A DNA stretch of 64,000 bases from Monocercomonoides exilis PA203 (GCA_001643675.2 LSRY02000049.1:434001-498000), one strand, 5' to 3'; positions 51,060 to 62,408 are shown, counted from the first letter of the stretch. Made by a program: numbers and translations. Notes: generated from the sequence alone by a model not told the origin.

Positions 51060-53409
51060 CTATGCAGTAGATGCAGGTGATTGTTTCATTTGCATCTGGC
51101 AAAGAGGGCATTTTCCAATATTTTCCTCCCAATCACTTCCACAGTTGCGATGGAATGCGTGCCCACATCCGTACACATTTGCAATTAGTCTATTTTGAGG
51201 TTCATGGCATATTCCACACACTTCTGATACTGCAACATCAAAAGATAATGTTGGGTGATTTGTAATATTGTTGTAAGGCATTGCCTCAATCAAAAGAAGT
51301 ACAAAATTTGCGATCCCTGCTTGCTTTTCATCGTAAGTGGTGTATCTTTCGTGGCTAGCTTTCTTCCACGGCATGTGAGTCACAGTTCCGTCTTCCTTCA
51401 CCGAAGTGATCCTCCAAGAGCAAGCAAAAAATCCTGGCTTCAAAGGTATCATACGCTTCAAACAACAAGGGCAAAATGGCGATGAAGCGTGAAGGTCATA
51501 TTGTTTCATTCCCCAACGGCAAATCACATTTCTGTTAAACGCTGGACACCCCTCGTGTTTGCATATTCCTTCTATGCAAATCCCTGGCTCCACCACCCGC
51601 CATGATGGGGCAGAGCTGCTGAATGATGTCTCCACCAATGCATCAGTCTTCGTAACATCCACAAAGGCAAGTCCTGGTCCGCTCATCCCGCCTCTGCTTA
51701 TTGGCAGCAGATGCACCGTTGATTCAGTCCCAATCCCAAAATCTTCCAGCACATGACAGTCTTTCAGCCACCTTCCGCCTGATACCAATCGCATCTTACT
51801 CACATCCACTCCTTCAACTGCCATCACCTTTTGCTTCACATCCTCCACAGACTCTGCACCGTCCACCTCCACATTCACTGCCCGACCATCTAAATGCATC
51901 ACTCGAATGTTGAACCCTCCCATCAGCTTCAACAACAAATGCACTGTTGATCTGTCTTCCATTGAATATTCTTCCAAACACCTTTCATCCATCAATTCTT
52001 TTCCGCCCCAAACAAGTCTCTGATGCTCAACTGGAATTCTTTCTTTTTCGGCCACCATTTGTTTGATGTCTCTAACTCTTGTTTCAGCTGCATTAATACT
52101 AAATCTCAAAGTTTGTCCACGTATGGACTTCACAAAAAGTTCTCTTTCCAACCCTCCACACAACCTCAAAGCAAGTAAAATTGTTGATCCTTCAACAATG
52201 TTGCAGTCTGATAAGGAATAGCAATCTGGCAATTGCTTGCCATTAAATATTAGCCTCTGATAATCTGGATTGGTGTAATCTTTTTCATAAATTCTTTTCT
52301 TCAAACCTTCAATAGTCATTTCTGAGTTAACAGTGATATAAAGATATTTCCCATCAAGAGTTTGAATGATAATGCAATATGATTCATCGTTTTTTTCGTA
52401 TGCATATAACCTATCTTCACTTTTTAATCCATATGACGATATTTGCATATCATTATTCATTTTATTTCCTCCCCCAAGAAGTGTCATCTTATCTGCCCTG
52501 ATGCCTATGCTCATCTCAATTTTCTTTTTCAGTTCTTCCACTAGCATCCTTCCATCTCCTTCAACATACACTTTTTTCCCTTGTTCATTATCAATTTGGA
52601 GCATATGCAGTTGAAAAATTCCTTCTTTTTCCTTACCGTCTTTTCCGATCGGTAATTTCAAACTTGAGGACGGAGTGGAGGAAGAACTCGATGAAGAAGA
52701 TAAGTCAGAATCTGAAGAAGATGGGTGAATAGGCAGACAATCATCTGTAATCAACTGATATACACAACAACTCATCCAACTTTGTCCGTAATAAGTCAGT
52801 TTTGATACCAACGTCACTTCTGAAGTTTCCTGAAGTTCAAAATAACCACATTTCCATGTCCCGGAAAATTTTGATCCAATTTCCGAGGCTAGTGTCATTC
52901 GTCCTGCAGGAATATGCAAATTCTCAAATATTCTCACAGCAAATTCATCAACCTTCATATCAGATCTCACATTATGAATCACCACAATTTTTCCTTTCAG
53001 ATCGTTGTTGCATATTGTCACACGAACATCAAATGTTTTAATTCCGCCGAGCAAAATAGACCTATTGTCTTCAACGTGCTGTAATTTGCTTTCATATGAA
53101 ATGATTTCTTCTCCAGTTGAAGAATTATGTTTAACTAAATAGACTGCTTCTCCATCACACTGATAACAAAAATAATTATAAAAAAAATAAAAATATTAAT
53201 CTGAGTCATGCTTCATCAAGAATTTTAACTTTTGCATCGTCAGGAACAAGCTTTTGCCGATAAGTGAAATACAAATCTCTGGCGTCCATATCGTATTTAT
53301 CAGCAATCCCTCGCTTCACACCAAGCATCCAATCATTAGTGCTCAATTTCATTGATATCAATTCTCCTTTGAATGTTGTAAAGTTGTAAGATCTCAATAC
53401 GTCAATCAT
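51060..53409 (-). CDS. Tandem ubiquitin-like domain polyprotein (about 6 UBLs) + Cys-rich putative Zn domain + C-terminal RING-H2
   Basis: Exon 53409..53212 joins a second exon that contains ORF 51060..53054. UBLs include QRLIFNGKQL...STILLALRLCGG, QRLVWGGKEL...STVHLLLKLMGG and MRLVSGGRWL...STVHLLPISRGG. Then PSWRVVEPGICIEGICKHEGCPAF...CPCC...PGFFACSW, and the RING CGIC...CGHAFHRNC...W...CPLC. Confidence 0.9.
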
Positions 53410-53635
53410 TTTGGAAGAAATGAATGCGATCTTAACCTTATTAATGTTATATTGCTTCATTTTCATTATTGTTTTTAATTTTTATTTCTATGTCAACTTG
53501 AATGTTTTAATGCAAGAAAATGAACAAGCAAATTTGCGATTTGTTCACAATTTACATCCAGAACAATTAATAGAATTCGAAAAGAAAGATTATTACAAAA
53601 AGATAATAAATTTATTAAAAATACACATTATAATT

Positions 53636-55378
53636 CTACTTAAAAATAGTATACTTGGAAGAAATAGAAGGATTTAAAACCTTTTTATTTCCGTTTTTGC
53701 TTTGCAAAAATAAGTTTTTTCTTGCCAGTTCTATGGTTTGTTTAAAATAGCTTTTCTTTTTAACCTTTTCTGCAACAATATTCTTTTGTAATCTTCGTTC
53801 TTTACTGCAAATAGTTGTCCGTGATATGAAAGGGAGAGTAATAATTTCATTGTTTCGAACTTCCAAAAACCTGGCTTCAGTTTCTTTGATAATTCTTTCA
53901 GTATCTATGCCAGCCTTCCTCAAACGCTTGTATTTTCGTAAATCAACAATAGGATCGCTAAAACGCCGCAGAACTTCTTGTTCATCTTTAATTGATTGCT
54001 TTGGATTCCAATCAGAATACAATTGCCTCATTCGGTAACTTAATATCTGAAATGACTTTACTTCGAGCAAGGAATCGTTTCCTTCTTGTGATTGAGGCAA
54101 ATCATTAAAAGGCTGCAAAAAGAAGCTTAAATCAAGCAATCCTGTTGCTTGCACACAATCCTTTCCTTTCGTTGATGTATCAAATGAATGATGAGACATT
54201 ACTTGCCTGTAAATGCTACTGTGAGTCTGTATATCAGATGCATGTGTTTGCGAAGCAGTGGAAAAAGAAGGACGAGGACAACTAAAAAGCAAACAGCTAT
54301 CTGCAAGTGAAGCCTCTGATATTCGCTCAAAAGAAGATTGAAGATGTTGTTCGGAATAGTGAAAGACTTGCTTTGGCGTTGTGCATTCTGCTGAATCTTG
54401 CACTGCACTTTCAGAATCCTCTTTCTCAGGAGCATATGCCAATTTACAGATATCCTCCCACGTTTCAGACTTGACTATTTCTGTTTCTGGCATGTCTTTG
54501 ACTTGCAAATAAGTGAAGCGAAGTGGGCGAATGTTCTTCGTAAGCTGTTCTCTCTGCAAAACTCTCTCTTTCTTTGCTATTTGTCTTTGATATTCTGCTT
54601 TTTCATCATCGTCCATATTGTTCTCATCTGAATGCACAAGATGCATTTTTAACTCTTCTATTGTTGCTTTAGTGTCTCCCGCTTTTTCTTCTTCGAAATT
54701 GGCTTCCTTTTCCTTCACTTTCTTTTCTGCCTCATCCCACATTTGGATTTCTTCATCGTATTTAATCCATGGCTTTCGTATCCACACTGATGTCTGTTTC
54801 CAGAGTTGTTTTGCCTCCTTTATTTGCTCTTTGATGAGTTCTTTCCTCCTCTTTTCAATTTTTTCTCCTGGCATTAAAATTCCAATTGTTTTTCTTTCAT
54901 CAGATTCGCTTTTCAGATCGTTTGGATCTAATGCAATTACTTCATTTTGAATGAGTACAGACATATCACTCAAGTGATTTTCGAATTTGACATCTTGTGC
55001 AGCCCATTTCTTCACGAGCTCAACTTTAGGATCCCATTCCATTGGCACTGGATCATACTTTAATTTCTTTGTATCTCGCCGAATTAATTCATCACCTTCA
55101 GATGTAAAAAATTGTGATTGTTCGTGAGAGATATTTTTATTATTATTAAAATCAGATGGTTGAAGTAATAGAGACACGGAATATGTGGAAAATGGATGGG
55201 TAAAGTTGGACGAAAAATTCATCGTGTTAGGTCGTTGCTGATATTTTATTGCTTTCTCGAGGGATGACGAATCTCTCATCGTTGATATGTCGTTGTCATT
55301 TTTTGTAGAGGATATAAAATTTGAAGCGCTTTTTGAACCTGGGACTCTCAAAAATACAAAAGGATGCGACTGTGTCAT
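53636..55378 (-). CDS. Intronless hypothetical protein, paralog of 35172..37688
   Basis: 580-aa open frame with KRRKELIKEQIKEAKQLWKQTSVWIRKPWIKYDEEIQMWDEAEKKVKEKE and RFSDPIVDLRKYKRLRKAGIDTERII...LPFI. Confidence 0.85.
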   Translation of the reverse strand: MTQSHPFVFLRVPGSKSASNFISSTKNDNDISTMRDSSSLEKAIKYQQRPNTMNFSSNFTHPFSTYSVSLLLQPSDFNNNKNISHEQSQFFTSEGDELIRRDTKKLKYDPVPMEWDPKVELVKKWAAQDVKFENHLSDMSVLIQNEVIALDPNDLKSESDERKTIGILMPGEKIEKRRKELIKEQIKEAKQLWKQTSVWIRKPWIKYDEEIQMWDEAEKKVKEKEANFEEEKAGDTKATIEELKMHLVHSDENNMDDDEKAEYQRQIAKKERVLQREQLTKNIRPLRFTYLQVKDMPETEIVKSETWEDICKLAYAPEKEDSESAVQDSAECTTPKQVFHYSEQHLQSSFERISEASLADSCLLFSCPRPSFSTASQTHASDIQTHSSIYRQVMSHHSFDTSTKGKDCVQATGLLDLSFFLQPFNDLPQSQEGNDSLLEVKSFQILSYRMRQLYSDWNPKQSIKDEQEVLRRFSDPIVDLRKYKRLRKAGIDTERIIKETEARFLEVRNNEIITLPFISRTTICSKERRLQKNIVAEKVKKKSYFKQTIELARKNLFLQSKNGNKKVLNPSISSKYTIFK

Positions 55379-56000
55379 TTTTAATTATTTAAATCATAAA
55401 TTTATCAAAAATTGAATATCATCAAATACCTCTGATTTTTGTTGTTCAACAAACGCTGATGAGAATTGTGACGAACCAAATTCTTCTGGTTTTCGCAAAT
55501 TAAAATTGATGATACTATTTTCTTCAATAGAATAGAAATATTAGTGAGAGCAGTAATCTAAGCTTGTAATAAATATATATTTATTATACCCATATATCAC
55601 TTCTTCATGACTCTTTTGGTGTTAAGATAATCAAAGATTCAATCTTCACCAAAATATTGATTAAGGTTACTATAATCAAAAAATAATTCTTTCGTTTTTT
55701 ATTTTCTGCTGATGATATTCAGGTTTGGGCATTAAATTTTTTGTTTCGAATGCTTATCTTTCAAAATTGTTATCTGCAACTTCTTAAATGCTGTTATCTT
55801 CATTTGTTTTTTGAAATTTCGTGTTATTTTCGCAAAAACTTCAAAAATGCACCTTTAAATGTTAATGAAATGCTTATCATATCTAATTATATCTATGGAA
55901 TGTAAAGTTAAAATGTTATCGCAAAAATCTGAAACGAGTTAGAATTATTAATTTTATATTTTTATCATAAACACTATTTATTGAAGTTTGTTTAGATGCC

Positions 56001-57479
56001 ATGACAGATACGAGTGCTAAAAATGATGAAGAAGAAATTGATATGGATGATTGTGTTTCATCAACAGTTGATGCTTCTGCACTACTCGAGCCATTTATAG
56101 ATTCTCTCTCAGTTGCAAATATTCCACAGTTTTGTGAAGCTGCATCAAAAACTCAAAACATTTTTATGAGTTCACCAAAAAAAGTATTTGGAGCTTCATT
56201 GACCAAATTTATGAATGCGCTTTCAAATTGTTTTCCCACAACAAACAATTATGTGATTTTTGAATGCATTCGTCTTTGCGCATCTATTTCCTCTAAAAGC
56301 GACTCAAGCCTTTCGTTGCATAATTCAATAATTCTTCCTCATCTATTGACGCATCTTATTTGTTCTGATATTGTGCTATGCCAAGCAGCGAATTATGCTC
56401 TCATTGAATGGAGTAAAACTGTTGGAATTGCATCTGAATTGCAGTTTGTCGCTTTTAAGCTATCATTTATCAACTTTATTGAAAAAGAAAAGTTGCTATT
56501 GTGGCTGATCCAAGAGCTAATATGGTATGAAGAAGAAGGAGGGAAATTCAAAGATTTGGATGAAGAACAAAAAGCGAAAAACGCTTCAACAAATTCTTCA
56601 GCAACTTCAAATACCGCATCTGGCTCTGACCCCAATACAGCCGAGAAAATAGACAGCACAGAAAAAATATTTGAATCTGTTTTAGGACCCCCAGTTGGGT
56701 ATCAGTTCACTCAATTTGATCCGTCTTTTCGGTATAGTCGCCCTGCGGTTTACTCTGAGTCAGACCTTCTGAGCACATTTGGATGGTTTCGAACCGGAAA
56801 AAATCAGCAAATGGGTTCTTCTTCATCTTCTTTTTCAAACAGTTCCTCTTCATCTTCTTCATCTTCTTCCTCCGCTTCTGCTTCTAGCCACAGAGTGGGT
56901 TTTTCGTCACAGTCAAAGAATTCAATCGCCAAGCCAAAGCCAAAGGCAGATTCGTTAAAGACAACTCAACAGCCGACCCTCGAGCCAATAAAGCTTCCAC
57001 CAACACCGCCGCCTCCACCAGTTCTGAGTTCAGCTGAAATGTACCGCAAAGGCATTTTGGATTGTCTTCTTTCGGTTGCATCTGACTGGCAAAAAATGAA
57101 CTCGTCTTTACACAAGCTGTCTCTGGTCATCGCAATAGAAGCAATACGAATGAATGGATGGATTGCTGTCAGCAGAGAGCTAAATGACTTTTTGAAAGGT
57201 TTTAATTCAAATGACGATTTGCAAGAAAGTGCCATGTGCATCCAAAGAGATCTTGTTTTAGCTCGAGCAGTTGCTGAGTCAGATGCTTCATTGTCTGCGG
57301 TTGCCACTGCAGCTACTCAGTTAAGCTCACCTTCTGTTCCTGCGGTACTGTGTCAGGAATTGCAAGAAAAACATTACTCTACAAAAACGCATTTAGCAAA
57401 CGAGCAAGATGCTGCAAAAAATGATGGGGGAGAGAAAAAAGAAAATGAAGAAGAGAAGAAATCTGTTAAAGAACAATAA
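56001..57479 (+). CDS. HEAT-repeat protein resembling a single XMAP215/ch-TOG TOG domain
   Basis: 492-aa single exon. FMNALSNCFPTTNNYVIFECIRLCASI...ILPHLLTHLICSDIVLCQAANYALIEWSKTVG...NFIEKEKLLLWLIQEL resembles the TOG4 helix pattern (L..RL.DSN..LV...L....; L.D....VR.AA..T...W....G; NP..R.ELL.WL.E.L). The CDS itself is secure; the product is tentative. Confidence 0.5.
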   Translation: MTDTSAKNDEEEIDMDDCVSSTVDASALLEPFIDSLSVANIPQFCEAASKTQNIFMSSPKKVFGASLTKFMNALSNCFPTTNNYVIFECIRLCASISSKSDSSLSLHNSIILPHLLTHLICSDIVLCQAANYALIEWSKTVGIASELQFVAFKLSFINFIEKEKLLLWLIQELIWYEEEGGKFKDLDEEQKAKNASTNSSATSNTASGSDPNTAEKIDSTEKIFESVLGPPVGYQFTQFDPSFRYSRPAVYSESDLLSTFGWFRTGKNQQMGSSSSSFSNSSSSSSSSSSSASASSHRVGFSSQSKNSIAKPKPKADSLKTTQQPTLEPIKLPPTPPPPPVLSSAEMYRKGILDCLLSVASDWQKMNSSLHKLSLVIAIEAIRMNGWIAVSRELNDFLKGFNSNDDLQESAMCIQRDLVLARAVAESDASLSAVATAATQLSSPSVPAVLCQELQEKHYSTKTHLANEQDAAKNDGGEKKENEEEKKSVKEQ

Positions 57480-57819
57480 AAATTCAAAAGAAAAAAAAAT
57501 GAAATTTCGAATTTGAAAAGTGTAGGGAAGGAGAAATCAGACTGACATGCAAGGCATTTGTTTTTCATAATTGATCATTTTCCTTTTTTATTTTGATAGC
57601 TTTTAGCAAGCAAGAAGACAATATTTATATTCATTAGGCTTTTATCCTTTCACAATAATTTTCAAATGTCTTTTTGTGGAGTGAATTTTCATTTTTTTGA
57701 AATGAATCAACATTGCTTGATTATTTTTCTATCTCAAATTCTTTGCTGATTATGAACCATGTTTTTATGATAGAAATGATATTGTGATAATATTATTATG
57801 GAAAATATCTATTTGAAAA

Positions 57820-60223
57820 ATGTGTGAACCGAGTGATGTATATGATAGATCAGCTCAAAGGCAAGCACGTTTTGCTCAAGGTTTTCTTTCATTTATATTT
57901 ATTTTTTAATTATTTTCAATTCCTGACATATTATTAACAAAACTTCGAATATTCTTTATTTTTTTCAAAGAATCACAACCTTTTGTCTATAAAAAACGAA
58001 ATGAGTTACAAACTTTTTTTTTACGAAAGGAAACTCGTGTTGACGCATTAGAAAGAAAGAGAAAGTCTTCGAGTACTTTTGAAACTTCAACAGAATGCAA
58101 ATCTAGTTTAGAGACGGTTTGTAGTTTTGTTTGAGATTTTCACAAAGGGTAATCACCGAACCAATAGGATCAGAAAATTATACAGCAACTGCAAGATTTA
58201 GATTCTCCGAATCAAGAGAAAATTAAAGAAGCATTGTCTTTCATTTCTGAGAATATGAATAGCAGTATGTAAATGTTTATTTGAAGAAAAAGAATTGAAT
58301 TCAATAAATATAAATAGATTATATAATTGAACATTACAGTAAATTAAGAATTCCTGGGTATTTTTCGTCAATTCTTTTTGACGATTCAAATCAAGAAATG
58401 CAAAGGCAGACTCTTTTGATTATTATAGATATTTTCTCTGAACCTTTGGGGAAAATCTCCGAAATAATCAAAGATGGACTCATTTCAGCCGTTTTGAATT
58501 GTCTATTATCATCAAATACTTTCATAAGAGCAGATGCAATGTGGGCTTTAGCAAATTTATGCGGAGATGAAAATTGCGACATTGTTGAAAACGTTGTTGA
58601 CGAACATTTTTGTGATACAGTAACTGAGATGTTAATTAATCATGATGCAAGATCAAGCTTAGATGGCTATGAATATGAAAGGGAAAAATTAGCATTTTTT
58701 TTGGATGCATTGTTTTGTAACATGAACGTTGGAGATTTTATAATCACTCACAAAATTAGTGATGACTTAAAAGAAAAATGGAGAGCTTCTGAAAAGTATC
58801 GTCATTTGGTGGGCATTTTCCCGTGCATTGCTGATGATCAATTTATCAAACCTTTTTCAGAAACATTTATGGATTCTTCATTAGAAACAGTCGATTCCAA
58901 CAACACTGCTCCTCCTTCTCCTCTTCTTCTTCTGATATTACTGGAATTAAATTATTTGTCATCTGCTTGCTTGCAGACTTCGTGCTCCTCCTCTTCTTCT
59001 TCACCTTCTTCTGCAAATGTTGATACTCTCATTTCTTGTAAAACTCATTCGTCAAAGCCTCCAATATTTATTTATGATGTGCTTCAAACTTATCAGTATC
59101 TTTCAGTGCGTGCAACTGCGGCGGAGTGCATGATTAAAATGGGCATTCTCAACTTCATAATGTCGTTTCTTCTGTTTGATGCTTAGTATTTTTGTTCTGT
59201 CGTATCTTTTTCCAAAAGGAATACCAAATAATTGTTTGGTAATCATTTTTAAAGTGATTTATTTTTTATTTTTGAAAAAAAGTATTTTCTTTGTATTATT
59301 TTCTTTCTTTCTTTCTTTTTTTTTTTTTGGAGGAAAATATTATTTCTTTGGGTTTTTTTTTTTCTCTTTATAACAAATTGACTTTTTTGACAATTTATTT
59401 TTTAATTAATAATGATTATAGTTACGACGAAGCACTTATCACTCTGAAAATTGCGAAAATATGCATCAACTTCTCGGCCACTTCGAACGACATCGTCGAG
59501 CAGCTGTTTCAAAGTCGCTGTATTTCGTCTCTCATTCCGTCACTCTCTTCGCCATCAGAAGCTCTCAGGCGGAGCGTGTGGAAGCTGCTTGCCAACGCGG
59601 CAGCAGGCACAAAAGCACACCGCAAACTTCTAGTCAAGGCACAGTTGCTTCCACTAGCAATTGCAGTCATCACAACAGACACAGTCAATGTCGTGTTGGA
59701 GGTTCTTTTCTTCCTCCAAAATCTTATTGTCGCAAATGAGCCGGACGTGCTTCTCGACATCACATCATACAGAGATGGAGAAGTAATCAGATCAGTATGC
59801 CGTGTGATAAAACAGCCTTCTGCCCCAGATATGCTCAAGGAGAAGGCATTGCGTATTGTGATTTCTATTCTTACAGAAGCAAGACGAAAGAGTGCGGTTC
59901 CGTTGAGGAAGAAAACGAAAGAGGAAGCAATTGTATATGACTGTGGAGCAATGACAAGCATAATGCTTTTACAGAATGACGAAAACACACATGTTTCGGA
60001 TGCTGCAATCCAATTAATTTCTCAGTTTTTCGCAAATGAAGCAAGCGATGAAGATGAAGATGAAGAAGAAGACGAGGAAGATAATTTCTGCAATGGGGGC
60101 TATAATTTTAAAAGTGATGAAAGAAAAGATCGAGCTGAAATGTTTGAAGACAAAAGAGATTTTGTGAAAGCAAAGTTGAGGCCAGTTCAAAGTGTGCACA
60201 CCAAATTTTATTTTAATAATTAA
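57820..60223 (+). CDS. Divergent importin-alpha/karyopherin-alpha-like ARM-repeat protein, multi-exon
   Basis: IBB-like basic N-terminus (RQARFAQ...KKRNELQTFFLRKETRVDALERKR). ARM motifs DAMWALANLCGD, SVWKLLANAAAGTKAH and LEVLFFLQNL. The C-terminal IMLLQNDENTHVSDAAIQLISQFF..E plus acidic tract is typical of importin-alpha. Confidence 0.75.
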
Positions 60224-61580
60224 AATTTTTATTTTTCAAATTTCAAAAATCTGAACTCTTTTCAATTGATCGTGTTCCTTTTGTAGAATGAATTTTTAAC
60301 AGAATAAAGTGATTAATTTTTCACATCCTCAGAAAGCAGAAAGTTCTAATTAAGCAATTTAACGCCAAGATAACTGTTTGAAATGCTGGCGATATCTTGC
60401 TCCGAAAGATAAAATTCTTCAACAGCATATGCAGTTGGAAATGTGAAGTAATGAGCAAACGATTTTTCTTTCAGATGAATTAAGATCTCTTTGTATGCAA
60501 GCTCATTTGTAGTTTTTGAAGAATGAAAAAACCATAAACCGTTCTTTAAGAAAATATATTATTATAATGATTATTGTAGTTAAGTTTTATTTTGCATCAA
60601 CAACCGTTTTTCAGTTGTCTTTATTTTTAGATTAAATTAGACAACATCGCACAAAGACTCAGTTCATTCGAGAAAAAACGAAAAATTATCAATTAATGCG
60701 CGTTTATTCTTTGATAAAAGAACTTTGTCAACTATAATGGAATCTCATCCTTCATGAAATGACAAAAGCATAAACGCAAAAAAAGCTAAAGGCCAATTGT
60801 TAAATCGACGAAAAAATAATCCAGTAATAAAAGCAAGAATGATAAATTGATTGAAGAAGAAAGATTGATTCACACAATGTGAATAAGCTGAAATCAAAAC
60901 AAGAGAAATAACAACAAATGCTCATGGTGATTATTTGCCTTATGAAATATTTGTTTGCGAGAATAAATATAAAAGTAACTTCAACATTTCTGGAAATGTC
61001 AGCATTTAAAGATTTGTCGAAAAACTTTGATCTCACTCCCTCCAATCAGAGGAGCATTAAAAAATAACGAACTTTTTATAAAGAAAACGAACTTAAAATT
61101 TAAAAATTCAACTAAAAATCAATGAAAGAAGAAGAGAAACAACAAAAATAGCATCAACATCATCAAATATATAAAAGTGATATCGATGTTAAACAAAAAT
61201 TCCGAAGGAAATGTTGCCTTTGGAAAGACTTAATTATTGAAAAAGATATACTAAAACATCAAAAATTCTAATAAAAATACACAATAAAAGATATAATTTA
61301 TCGAAAGTTTCAGGGAAATGATAAATATATAAATAGATATTTTGCAGAATAAAGAGAACTCGAAATAGTTGAAAATAATTATCTTACTAATACAATTCAA
61401 TCAAAAATAAAGCGAAAACAGAAAATCAACACAAAAAGCAATTAAAAAGGAAATAAAGTTATTACACATTCATAACAATTGATAATACAAAGATATCTGA
61501 ATTTAATAAATGGTGAAGTGGTTGCCTGAATGGCGAAGAGAGTTTAAAAAAACAAGTGGAAGAGGAAGAAAGAGCTAATC

Positions 61581-62408
61581 TTAGACAATTGGTTGTGCTT
61601 CAAATAATTTCCAATATTGAATAAATGTTTCTTCGTCCATCATCATTTTATGTTCAATGCGTTGTAAGAACACTGATTCTGACAATGTTATTACGTTCGC
61701 CTCAATGCCAAGAGTTTGCGACCACCATTTATTAGAATGTGCCGAATCTCGATTGAACTTGAGCGATAAAATAACTGCTACCAACAGAAGAGTTCCTAGA
61801 TTGTTTTCACTAACTATTGCTGTCCATCCATCTGCCTTTGCAATTTTTTCGCAACCAATTAATTCATCGAGCAAAAAAAGAACATGAATCATTTCAGCAG
61901 TAATTAGTGAGCAAGTCGAACGTATAACTTGAAAAAAATGCTTGACTTTTTTGCATAGCTTGCATGCTACGCTCTTTGAATGAGCAGCAATGTCTGCTGG
62001 CGTTAAATATTGAATTGAAGAAACTGAGAGATCTGGTTCAAAAAGTTCAGGAAGAAGGGTCTGCATTTGTTTGACAATAAAAAGCGTTCCTCTCCATAAA
62101 TTTTCATCTGAAAGCAAAGATTTTGCAAGAGGTGATATAACTTTTATTTCATTTTCAGCTGTTGTCTCCGCATTTAAAAATTCTCGCTTTGTTTCTGAGT
62201 GTGGAATACGTTGTTCCAAATAAAACGTTTCATCGCAAGAGCAACTCTTCTGATATGAAGTTTTTATTTTTGATTTTGTATTAACGCTTTGATTTGCTGT
62301 GCAATCTATTCTAAAAAAATGAATAAAATTTTTTTGTTTCAAAAAATTACAAAAAATTTGGATATAACATTTCGCGAGGATCTTCATAAATAACTGAGCC
62401 ACTTCCAT
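61581..62408 (-). CDS. Divergent Pho80/P(U)-type cyclin-like protein (5' exon structure uncertain)
   Basis: VKHFFQVIRSTCSLITAEMIHVLFLLDEL...VSENNLGTLLLVAVILSLKFNRDSAHSNKWWSQTLGIEANVITLSESVFLQRI. Clearly the same family as 38556..39188. Confidence 0.75.
   Translation of the reverse strand: MEVAQLFMKILAKCYIQIFCNFLKQKNFIHFFRIDCTANQSVNTKSKIKTSYQKSCSCDETFYLEQRIPHSETKREFLNAETTAENEIKVISPLAKSLLSDENLWRGTLFIVKQMQTLLPELFEPDLSVSSIQYLTPADIAAHSKSVACKLCKKVKHFFQVIRSTCSLITAEMIHVLFLLDELIGCEKIAKADGWTAIVSENNLGTLLLVAVILSLKFNRDSAHSNKWWSQTLGIEANVITLSESVFLQRIEHKMMMDEETFIQYWKLFEAQPIV

Noticed and set aside
60340-61045. Minus-strand exon-like stretches (NGLWFFHSSKTTNELAYKEIL...; ORF 60800..61045)
   Set aside because: I could not assemble a stop-free spliced model or recognise a family. 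It may be a pseudogene remnant.
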